From NCBI GenBank assembly GCA_040954595.2, contig CM082583.2, forward strand, positions 9,871,656 through 9,935,655: a stretch of DNA of 64,000 nt, read 5' to 3'. Shown here piece by piece: positions 13,001-25,100 of this stretch; position 1 is the stretch's first letter; every line of letters begins with the position of its first letter. Under the pieces are notes generated by a model. The model did not search any database. It was not told the DNA's origin and saw only the letters and a program-made list of their open reading frames with translations. This DNA comes from Balanoglossus misakiensis (Eukaryota > Animalia > Hemichordata). The position numbers and the translations under genes were made by a program.

Positions 13001-16000
13001 CATTTGATTCTCCAAAGATGTGACCACCCCTGGATTGGCCTGCATAATAGAACATGATGTAGTCATAATCAGACATAGAATACATTTATCAATGGTAATC
13101 CTCGGACCTCCCCATAGATACATGAGAAAAACATTAAATTTTTATTTATGATCTTTCCACTCTCATTGCAATCATTTATGATGTATGCAACATTTTTTCC
13201 TGAATTTCCATCTGCGACAATCTGAAACAGTTATTTATTCAAATGGCATATTTCACTGTTTTCCATGACATGGCATATTTCTTAGCCAATATTTAACCTC
13301 ATGATATTTCATGCTGAGATGAATATGAAGCCAATGACACCCAAATTGCTGTCAATCTGCAACAGAAAACCTTCTCCAGTTCTTTTGTGGCCAGAGTTAT
13401 GCTGATGGCAATAAAAGGCGACACCACTGAAACTGAGAGTTCAATTAAAGGTCTGAATGATAGTTACATGTGATTGATGGTATTTTATAATACTTAATTC
13501 AAAGAAGTTGACAAGCGACACTGTTGTACTAGTGTATAGCACAGACATATCTTTTCTCATGATGTCAACAGAATTCAATACAGAATTTTGAGGGTTATGG
13601 AGAGAGAAAACTTCACTGCCAAGCATTTCAATTATTCTTGTTACCATCAGTAATTACTGAGTATCCGACAATGCTTTACATCACCATATGTTCAAACACA
13701 TTTCATCATCGTTCACTTCAAAGTCTGACATTTGAGCTGTTTTATCAGGTGACAGTTAAAACAGCAACGGAAACGTTTGGCTTGGGTTACTAACGAAAAA
13801 CCTGAGAAAGTAATATATCTTCTGAAATGCGGCAGATGTACTTTGTAACTTTTACACATTGGATTGCATTATCACCATAACAACAATTAAGAAACACATG
13901 CCACGTTATAAACGCTTCTGGCATTTTAAAAAAACATGTTAAATCCAAAACCCTTTCACCACGGTATGGTTTTGGTTCAAACTCTCTGTTTCCATGGAAA
14001 AGTTGGAACAATACAAAGGGAAATAGGGGTGGAGGGTTTGAAGACTAGAGTGATAATTTATGTCTGTAAGACGAAAAAAAAACTATTAGAAGGGAAATAC
14101 TGTTAAAAACCATCTATTACTGCTCACATGAAAGACAAACCTATGAGACCGAACCAATTTGGACAAATTAGAGCAAATTTGCCGTAAAACCGAACTCTGC
14201 ACTTAATTGCATTCGTTATCCCTTATGCATCCCTAAATGGCCAATCAATCAAAACAAGTTTTATTCTGTATAGATGATATTCTGACATTTTGAGAGGTAG
14301 ACAGACTCAATTCACACTGCCATCACTGATATAATTATACACTCACGATGCTGCATCAGACCGAGCATGACTCTGTCCACAGACTAATTATGTCTGCACT
14401 CGAGACAAATGCGTCACCAATTGGCTTGGCAACGTTGTAGCCATAGTAATGGTTTTGTGATTTCGATTACAAAATCAGCATTTTCAGGAGCAGAGAAGGC
14501 ACTGGCGCTGTTGCCATACCAACGCAATGATTCTGACTGGATTGGTGCAAAATTTCAAGTTTTCTGCCCCAAAGCCAAACCATGATGAGACATTCTCGTC
14601 AGACCTAAAGGGCAATCAAATTTTTCCCTGAATGACACTCACCTTTGTAATATTGGCGATAAACACCTCTTCTGATTCTTCACCATTCTGGTCAATGACT
14701 TCAAAGTTTTCCCCAAAATCACAAAATGTAGAGCAGAATACTCCGTAGACATCAGCGACAATGAACTGTATGCAATAAAATAAAAATATTAATGTTAAAA
14801 TCAGTTGCGCAAAGCTCTCAGCAATTATATTCTCAACATGTAATACAGAATATGGTTTTATTTTAAGTAATCTAACCAATTTACTGTGTTTGACAGAATA
14901 AGCACCCCTATTTGACAGACTGTACATGTACATGTACCTTGTGTAAACTGTGTACATTGTGCAATTCTATATTAAGTGTCAAGGCTGCAATAAATAAAAT
15001 GTCCTAATACCCCATTTGGTCATAAAACTAACAATCAAAGAACTAAATTATCTATCATACTGAGATTGATGTCGCAGTGGGTTCAATTTACTTTTTTCCA
15101 ATTGACATGGTTAGATATCGGACAATTTTCCTCCTTCAATAATAGATAACCCTGGTAACAGATCAAACAGCTGTTTGGACATCACGTGTGCCTTAAGAGA
15201 ATCTGTTATCTGTGGCATTTGAGGGCTTCTCTGCAATATTCAAAGGTGGCAGAAATGGACAGTCTGAGTACCAGCTTCCTGATCCAACTTGGTTTGTCCT
15301 TTGGTCACATGACCACTTATGCATTCCATTGCCTGGCGTCATTCTGTTCCGGAGTAGGCTAATTTTTTAAAGAATTGCTTTTAAAATTGATGGTATATGT
15401 GGCTTTGAAATATGGTTTCACATGACAGTATGTGAGGATAAGGAAATTACAAGGTAGACCACAATGCAGTAGAGAACGGGTGTAAATGACTTGGAAACCA
15501 GATTGACAGGAAGACAAGAACAGGAAGGATACACATACTGTGGCATGCTCAATTCTGATAGTGTTTTAGATCATAAATTATGCAGCTTTTATTTCTGACA
15601 GCAGAGCCGCATATACATGTTTCGCATTCAACGTTACGTGCGTGTGGGGTGAAAACCAGGTGGACGACCTTATCTGTAATTAGACCATTGCACAATTTGC
15701 CATACTTACTTACAAATATGATGAATTATCATGTATTTGCTGAATCATCACTTATTACATCTCAACTCAGAATGTCACATGTCACTAATCCTACAACATA
15801 ATTACAGTATGATGATATGTTTTGTATGAATCCTGAAATTTGAATCCAACATGGACAACCACTAAATACTGATATAACTCTCTCCCTTTACTAGATCTAG
15901 GCTACAAGATAAAACAGAATTCATTACACGCTGTGTTCCTAAACGATGATAAGCCTATCAATCTACTTTTCATTAAGTGGTGGTTCACCTAATCAGTTCT

Positions 16001-19000
16001 TGATCCCCGTTTGCATGCTATATACATCCTCTTATTCCTTCTTTGAGACTGAGTCCTATAAATAGGTTGGAAATGAATTTAAGCATAATTTTAGTTTTCA
16101 GTACCACAAGAACCCCCACAAAAATATGATATAATAATCAATAAATGTCAGGTTTAATAAATCACAAGGAATTAAAATACTGAAGACATGATACTGTACT
16201 ACTGTCTACTGCCTTTCCTGACATTACCAGACACAGCAGTACAAATCAATAAATTGACAATCCTATTCAATCTGACATAAAATGTACCTGCCATGTAGCC
16301 TGTTGTCTACTTCTATATGTCATATAATTCAATGTGAAAGTTCTTATCATCGATACTCATTCAATCTTCAAAATTTACTGAAATGCCAGTCAATAGCAGA
16401 AAAACTTTAAAGTTTATCGCAAATATTGAGTAAGGTGATTTGACATTTTGCTTTTATCACTGAATGTGTTGCTTTGAATTGAGCTTCATTCCAGGCTCCA
16501 GACAAATAACAAGCCAGTCTTCATGCAATTCCCATGGGCTAGACAAATGTCACCTTTCGTGTCGTGATGTGTGTACGTTGTTGTATTGTCTTCTACTAGA
16601 TAAGTGAGGCCTCTGAATCTTCTTGAAAAACCATGAATTTGTAATACATAATTTTTCCCTTCAAATTCTCAGCAAGGCTTTCAATCCTGAAAACCATCTT
16701 TGACAAATGAATGCACATGATCTGATCCTACATGTTCTGGTGGTACTCATGAAGATGCACTGTCCTTCTTTTGTTAGGATTCCCACTGGAGCATATAATA
16801 TATTTCCTTGGATCATTATAGCCATTACAATGTGTGAATGGACTTACCAGTATACAGGGACTTGTTATCAAAACAAATTATATCCAATGTGGAATGAGAC
16901 TAGTAGTCACTCTCAACTATATTCATATTTGAATAGTCGGGATATAGAAACATTTGTCTTTGTGGTTATTTTTGTTTGTATACACAAGGTATTATGTTGT
17001 TCCAATCACTGAAATATGTCAAATTGGTTTGTCACCAGTCATCTGGACTGATTGCAAATGTCTTCAAAATATACTTATATAACGTAGACTAACCATGTAC
17101 ATGAAATAAATTACTGTTGAAAAATATCATGGGTCATTAGCAGGTCTGTCTGTATAGGTCAATAGCCAGAAATTAATTCCACTTGATTGAGAACAATAAA
17201 AGTAATGCAAATCCCTCATGGCAGAAATATACAGTATAAAATGTCAATTTATTTATGAAATTATAAGATGTTGATGCGATGAAATAATTAAAATACATAT
17301 TTAAGATTCAATTCTAATTGTCTCCCATTTAACTGCAAAAAATGCGAGTTCCACACTGGCAGTATAATATTGACATTGATTTCCAATAAATACCGGTAGC
17401 CTAGATTCCCATCTGACAGCAGGATTAAAAGCGAACAGTTAGATATTTCATGCCCCAGGGTTCTTTACAAAAGATATACTCCAAAGCTGGGACTGCTTAA
17501 TTCTCATTGTGAGGGCCGAGCTGAACAGAATATGATGTTCAATAAGTGAAAGTCGCATGGGTGGTGGGAATCGTGATGTGCAGATTGACCCGTGAGAATG
17601 GAGCCATACGTGGGATAACAAATCTATGCACAAGGCCGATCCATATTTTCTGTATTTGCTGAATATTATGAGTGGCATTTATTAACCTGGATTAAAGTAT
17701 AGGAAGGTCTATATATTCAGACTATTATAAATTACAGCATGAAAGTTATTAAGTATTCCACTGGCTAAGACAGATGGACCACGGTATGTGGTGAAACAGT
17801 TTAATGTTACAAGGAAGTCTATGAGCAAATGATGATCATCTTACTTTACTCCACGCATAATAAAACATCCCTTAGCAACTACCTGGTTGCTTGATGAGGA
17901 AACTTTACCTGTTGACAATGCAAGAGATGTTCTGACTACCTCATAGCTAACCAATAACACAGCCATTAGGACAAATTGGCCAAATATTAGCTTCTTCTTG
18001 AATCGCAGGCTCACTTTACATTCTAATATCTTGCTCTGTTGACAGGAGTGTAATTCAACTCCCAATATACACATGTAGGAAGAGAGCGCCTTGCTTGAGA
18101 GCTCAGGTGGCCCCCATATACACACACACGTCTTGAAATCAATGTAAATTTGTAAAACTGCTGGCAATATTGATGTCTGTAGAAAGCCACTTTTGACGTG
18201 TGCATCCCAGAGTTGAAACCTGTGTATGAGACAGTAACAGCAATCATCAGTGATACATGATAACATTGATGAAAAGGAAGTAAGCCGCCCGTACCTTTAT
18301 CTGAGGCTCCTGGCTCCTACAAAACGCATTTACTTTCAGCTGTAGCTTCAGGGATGTCTCCGTCAGAATAACACACTGGTAATTCTTCAGATACGCCAGA
18401 TCCGTGTCTTCGTTCAGTTCTTCAGTGCTGACCTTAACAGACACATATGGATTTAACTCAGCAAGCCTTGTTATACTGGCTTCTGCCCTGTAATTTCAGC
18501 AAATAAAACAGGTACATGTGTATCATATTTGCAACAACAAAAATTAAAAACAAAACAAAACAAAACAGCAGTGGTGGTTGGAGACATCCTAATACAATTG
18601 GCACATTAGAAGCCTTGAATACCTGCACATCCTGTAAGGCAGTATGACTTAACGAATTCCCTGTGATGTAATTATGTCCCTGTGACGTAGGAAGATGTTT
18701 TTGTTTTGACAAGTAAAGTTACATGGATGACGCAGATCAATCCCACAGAGTTTCATAGTAACTAAATCGTTGGAAGGCACACTGATCAACATTTCTATCT
18801 ACCCACTTTCACAATAACTCTTTCAAACAATGATCTAAGGCCCTTTGATCATACATGTATATGGGCGTATGTAAAGCAAAGGTGATTTCTTTAATTTAAT
18901 GTATCCCATGGAAAGCACACAGGTTGAATCACAATGTTAAGATATCTGGCCACCATCATACTTGGCCAAATTTTGACAACACGGCTGAAGAGCATTTTAC

Positions 19001-20139
19001 CTATTTCTTCCTACTTTGACATCTTCTTCCCTGAGATAAAATTGGGTTGAAAGATCTTTGTAGTTTGCAGCCTTGCTGTCTTGTAAAGTCACAGACTGTG
19101 GATAAAAGTATATCACAAAATCAACCTCACCATCCCTCTTAAAATTGCAATAAAGCATGCTAGACATTATATTATGAGGAAATTAGATTGTCTCCTTCCA
19201 TGAACATGTCATGTCAGCATTAGAACTCAGACATCGATTTTTTCTTTCCCAGAGGGACCCAGATCATACACAGATTGATTCCCCTTATGAATAAATCCAC
19301 ACAAGTCAAGTGTTCTCAGGTTATATACTCAGTATACGAAAATATGATATGCAATCAGATAGTGAAATACCTATTTTCCATAAGTGAGAATTTTACAGCT
19401 TTGAAAGTGATCCGTGATATCAACATATACTCTGGTCTAAAAATAGAACCAGCTGCTTTTACATCTATTAAAATGAAAGGGAATGGAACAATAAATCACT
19501 ATTCAGTATTACCGGGGTATTATTATTCTATCCCAATACCTACCTTAACACCTGCCAAAATTATGTTTTTAGCTGAGAGAGAGAAGAAAAATATAAAATA
19601 ACATAAATTCAAATATTATTATAAAAGGGCAGATTAACTTGTTAATATCTGTCTTGCATACAGATCTAAAATATTTTAGACTTCCTTTGGCAGCATCAAT
19701 CAGACACGCATATTTTGAATATTTTAAGGGAAATTGATCTCCTCACTGTTGCTACATGATTACTCTTTTTGGTTGCAAGAAACAAAGATACGTACCGGTT
19801 TCAACTCCTAATCCTCCTAAGCCATATATCAGCACATTGGATTTGGCCATCCGCTGCATTGCACTGTCACCCAAGACATACCGTTGGCGACTGTAAAAAA
19901 GTTTGATTTTCAAAATCTATTTCCCATGTCTCTATGATTTTAACGTTTCTAAATTTTCTCCATAAAACCTTTCAAAACATTTATATTTTATATCATTTCA
20001 CCCTATATTTTTTCCAGTAGCATTTTTGACATCTATCTGTGTGTTATGTTACCTGCTCTTCATTGGTCACAATTTGAAATCATAACTGCTGTACTAACCT
20101 ATACAAAGAGTCATCAATATCCACATGTTCTGTTGCCAT
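7087..20139 (-). CDS. UBA6: Ubiquitin-like modifier-activating enzyme 6 (E1), about 26 coding exons
   Basis: [14 protein letters not shown]|RQRYVLGD at the start; ATP-binding motif [14 protein letters not shown]; [13 protein letters not shown]; catalytic Cys in [11 protein letters not shown] (~9890); [16 protein letters not shown]; UBA6-type C-terminus KYVDLTVAF...[13 protein letters not shown] (stop 7087-7089). Minus-strand AATAAA at 5987-5992. Confidence 0.95.
7514..7598 (+). mobile_element. Degenerate copy of ~85-bp piggyBac-like MITE (UBA6 intron)
   Basis: CATGGTTCTGGCCAATCCATTGTTGTCTATGGTGAACATGGACC...GGGGTGACAGG aligns by eye with the copies at 13951 and 34843. Confidence 0.55.
9054..9150. 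mobile_element. Decayed hairpin MITE-like element
   Basis: Termini TGGTCCCTGCA / TGCAGGGACTA and a central palindrome TGTCAAATTTGACA; no TSD recognised. Confidence 0.35.
13951..14036 (+). mobile_element. ~85-bp piggyBac-like MITE copy (UBA6 intron)
   Basis: CCCTTTCACCAC...GGGGTGGAGGG is colinear with the reverse complement of 34843-34927. Confidence 0.65.
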
Positions 20140-21504
20140 GGTTTTTGATGGAGATGTTTCTAGGCCAGTATGGCTGACTTTGCGTTTCTTTGGCGAGGCC
20201 TGCGTCTTGAATTATCTTGAAGATTAAAAAAAGAGAGATGGAATGAGATAATGCTTGGGCTAGTAGCAAGCCTGTTTCAACTGGCCCACCAGATTCATTT
20301 CAGTGTTAATGCCATATCAATCTGCTGATCTGCTGAGCTTTTAACTGATATCAGTGTGGACACACCTTGACCACGCTTATTCGCAATGATATAATTTCCT
20401 GACAAATATGATAGTATCCTCATCCTGAAAGTTATTCAAGCGATACCAGGGACCAGGATATCAGGAAGCTGACTTTGGTATACCAAGGGTGTAGTGTCAT
20501 GTTTGGGGTAATGGGATGATGCCAATTTCAAAAGTAGAAACTTGCAAACTGATGTAGATTTCTGAAAGTGATAAAATGTACGTAAACATGTGGAAAGGAA
20601 GCAGGTTTTTTTTCTTCAGGTAATACTAGCCTGTATCTACAGCACAGCTTCCTATTGCATAGGAATTGCTACAACTCATAATGCACGACACTGTATACAA
20701 AAGTATACAATGCTTCGAACATCACAAGACTTTTAGTTTCCATGGCGACTGAGACTTGGTAAGATCACAGAACCACTTAAAATGCTATTTGAAACACCTT
20801 CTACACGCTGAAGCTCACAGTGTTTTATTCATTTGGGCTTAAACATTATTTGGCCATCCCTAATCCTGCTTAATTAGGTTGCTGAACTGTTTGGGGGTAA
20901 GATAATTGAGTGGGATGCAGCAACTCATCCCGCACAGATGAGTTGGGGTGGGGTAACTTGGAAAACGTGACGTGATTAGAACTGTAGCAGACTACGTATA
21001 GCAGACTACATTATGGAAGACTGGGGCGATGCAAAATTTGGGAATCGTTCCGAATGTGTCTGTACCATGATGGGTGAGTTTTCTACGAAGCCAAACTATT
21101 TCTCGGGCCTGGCAGAGCTTTCAATGTAGACGAGCCTGCAAACTCCAGACAAATTCTGAAGTGAAGGTCACAGCCCACTGTAGTCTGCTACCTGGAGGAA
21201 CAAGTTGGCTTGTGCTCAAAAATTTACTCCCGATAATCCGATCCCAAGAAATTCGGCGTCCCACTCGTCGGGGAAATATGCTTAAACTCTTGGGAGGCAC
21301 AAGTATCAACACTAGCTACTATGGAGACCGAGAACCTCGTATGTGAATAGTTATGTTCTGAATCATGAAATCAGACGTCGTCTGCACCCAAAGTCGATCA
21401 GACGGCTATTGATTTGTCGCGTGTTGTTCTCTCAAAAACTGTGCACTCATCAAAACAAACCGTCACTTTAAAATAAAATTTGGTCACATGCGAAACATCC
21501 TCAC

Positions 21505-22196
21505 CTACAAGGTACGGCCACCGTAAACTAATGTTAATCCGCGATGGCGAATTAAACACAAACAGGTCCAATACAGTCTGGCAGGTGACTTGATCACTGC
21601 TGATTTTACACCCTAAACAAGACGACACGAGCGATTTCATAAAATCCACTGTGATTGGTCAAATATAAATTGACCCCGCCCACCCCGAAAATGTAAGTCA
21701 TTGTACACAACACAAGAAACAAAGAATGTTGTTCAAATTACGAGATCTAAAAGTAGAGGTTTCGATGTTGCCAAAAGTTATACGTAAAGGTATAATTTCA
21801 CAAAATAGCATAGCGTCCATCCAGTACACATCAAGCCAACGCGCACATTGATTAACCAATCAAAACATGCAGTTGAAAAATGTACTTGAGGCCTCCTAGC
21901 TGAAGTCATCGACACTAACATAAACGTTATATTTTTAACACCAAATGAGTCAAATAAAATACTTTAAATCAATTCAAATAAGAACAAAAAAGTACTTATC
22001 ATTTTCAATAATTTATATTGTTATACATGTATCATATATATTGTGTATCTTTTCAGAAATCTTAAATTCAGAACTATTTCATTGAATTTCCTTACGTATG
22101 TTGTACTATGAATGGCTGAAAATGTTGGTTTGAACTCTCGTCCTCCAGCTATTCTTCATCAGCAGATCGCATCGTCTGTCGGCGAAGTTGTTCGTC
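21505..22196. promoter_or_regulatory. Head-to-head promoter region of UBA6 (non-coding exon 1 ~21505-21630) and the MAP1-like gene
   Basis: Minus-strand donor TAG|GTGAGG at 21504, CCAAT (~21655), GC box CCCCGCCC (~21675), a second CCAAT at ~21857, locally raised CpG. Confidence 0.55.
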
Positions 22197-25100
22197 ATGG
22201 CGAATGCCGATGCTGAGAACAGCGCTAGATTTTCAAGTATTTCTGGCGGTTTCCCGGACACTGTCTCCCATTATGTGGTCGTACTTGTTGGCGAACCGAT
22301 AACGGACAATTTTGTTCAGCCACTTTTGGATGCGATCGCACAAGGTGGGTAGCTTTGGTTTTATGAATGAATGGGCGCTTTGTCACTATCACGCTCTCAG
22401 ACACAAACCGTGGAACACGGAGAGCACGTCGCGTTACCCCACCGCACAGCCCCGACAATATCTCCGCATGAAAATTACCAAGCATTTAATTTCATAATTA
22501 TGCGTTCAAATCACGGGATGTTGCAAATCATTTAGTTTTCAGTCATGGCAGAAAGTAAGCGCATAACACACTCATCCATCAGCAATTTTATTATTGTTGG
22601 AAGAGCGATCATAAAGAAGCTAAAACGTTGAGATCTAGCAGTTTTTCAACGGGAAACGGTCACAGGGTGTGATTCTCTGATGTGGGCGTGAGACGAGTCT
22701 GAATTCGATGGGGCCCGTGACAAGGATTCAGTCGTGTGTTTCCCACAGACTGTATTTCATCTTTTTTCTGCAATATTTTCTTTTGCACAAACACTGAAAC
22801 AGAACGACACGAAATGGGAAGTTGATTAAAAATAGGCGATGTCACAATTTAAGTAACAAAAGGAAATGATGGATTCGTACTGTTTTAATGAAAAAATGAA
22901 GACATTTGGAAGTTATGATGAGCATATTTTTCTAGTGTACTTAGTTAGGGTATTGGCACTAGTCATCGTTGACATGTGATATTATAAACTTATTCTCATT
23001 TACATACAGAGAGAACAGAGTTCTTTTGTCTTTTTTAGCTATTCTCAATATTGTGGACAATTATGTAATTGAACAAAATTGAAGAGGATAGATTTAGGGG
23101 ATGATATGAAATTTATTAAAAACTTCCTCAATTGACGCATATTGAATATACATTACGTGTATTAAATTAAATATGAAAATATTTAAATATTTCCAAGAAG
23201 AGTGATTCCATAAATGTTAACAAAACTGTTGATATAAAGAATGTAATTTTATGAAATTGACAACATGACATGATATATACAATATGACAATAATGTTAGG
23301 CAGTGGCAGTGTACAATTTGCAATGTTTATGTATGCTACGAAATTGACAAAATGTTGAAATATACATGTTGTATTGTCTTCTTTGAATGAATGGAGCCTG
23401 TTTTCATGGGGATAATAATGATGCAATTAATGTAATTAGCATAGTGGTCATAAATTGTTAATTAGCTAGCATGAGGCTACTTGGAAGGCGTGTTGTCTTT
23501 TCAGGGTTCACGAACTTAAATAATTGATTCTGAAGTCTTTCCTTCAGCAGTTCCTACTTGTGTGAAGCGAACGTCTGGAAGACAGAAATGTGCTCGGAGT
23601 GTATGTAAGATTTAACATGAAAGAGGCCATGAAAAGGGAGTCTGTTTTGTATTAAGACATTAACACTGGGTCATGTTTCAGTGCACAGCCCGGTTCCAGG
23701 CATCTAAATACACAATGTGAAGTAGTTGACAAAAATATCATATAACGTATTCAGTTGTTTTAGATAGTTCCTCAGCTATTGGATAATGTTTGAACATTTA
23801 TTAGTCACAAGTGCAATGCATGATATCATCAGAATAGTATTCCGTCTTTTTAGTGTGTGTTTCGTACAAAGAAGCTTATTGTGGTTCGCCCCAGGAAGCA
23901 CAGGAAAGAGCACTGCAGGGTGTGGTGTGATACTTTTGAGGGAAAAGATTTCAGTGACCACAATTAGTTCATTTCAGAAAAACAAATTGCAATGACACTA
24001 GTTCAGATTTGTAAAATTTAAATATAATCCTGACTTAACTTATGAATATTAATTAGCATGTCTTGTTTCCCATATCCCAGTATTGCGCTAACCAATCACC
24101 ATATATTTTGACAAAGTTGTGGTCAGAGCAGGGCTTTGACTGTGCACCACTACCCCTGATTAAACGATTTGATAAACCTGGGGAATATTGATCCACGACC
24201 GCAGGAAAAGATAGTAATTGCATTCAGACAAATTACAGGACCCACAGGCCACAGCCAGTGTATTACACCACCAATTTGCAATCTGTATGATGACTTCAGC
24301 AGAGAGATAAATGAAATTATTATTCTGTACCCAACTGTTTTGAACAAGAAGGCCACTGGTCTCTGAGTTCACAGACATGATGAATTTTAGCTGGAGGGTA
24401 CAAACCAGTGTTGCCATATACAGTTAATAAAATTATTGAAATTACTGGAATATGTATTTCTCTTTATTGTTTGGCTACATAAACTAATCCCGGCCTGACC
24501 TGGGGAGCAGTGATAATCTTTTGAGACAGATATTCAGCCAGTATCTTTAATTTAAAAGCCAACGATCTCTGCCCACAGATATAGTTATCTTACAGCATGA
24601 AAATAAATTGTGTTTCTACCTACCTACCTATCTTGGGAATGTACATTTTGCATATCTTTCAAATTGAAAGGCACATCAAAGTTTAAATCCACAGAGTACT
24701 CAAGTATAAAATTTTTAATCATTTAACAGAATTACTTTCTTTTTTCAGTCCTATCAAGAATATTGTACAATTGTATTTGTTCTTCTCTCCGGCTAGTCAT
24801 TGACCTTTGCATTGAGTGGCAGAATGAGATAATGCATTCCAAATGACCAAATATATGTTAATATTTACTCTACCAACATTTGCCCAGACTGTCTACAAGG
24901 TCATGTGACTACATTGTCCAATGTCTGTCCTTCTTTCGGATGTTTGCGTGGTTGGCTAGTAATTATGTGTGATAAAATTGACCTACTGGTGACCTATGCA
25001 ATAATTTATGTGCTGTGGGTAAGGGTTAGAAACCTAACTCAGGCATTTCAAGGTGTTTATAAGGGCGATGATATTCTTCTTTGTTTGAAGAAAAAAGGGT

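Noticed and set aside
20980-21195. TAGCAGACTA / TAGTCTGCTA motifs as transposon ends
   Set aside because: They face outward and no matching TSD was found.
21398-21649. ORF over UBA6 exon 1 as the source of an N-terminal ATG
   Set aside because: Its ATG lies only ~15 bp from the CCAAT box, probably upstream of the TSS, and its phase-1 donor is out of frame with UBA6 at the nearby acceptors.
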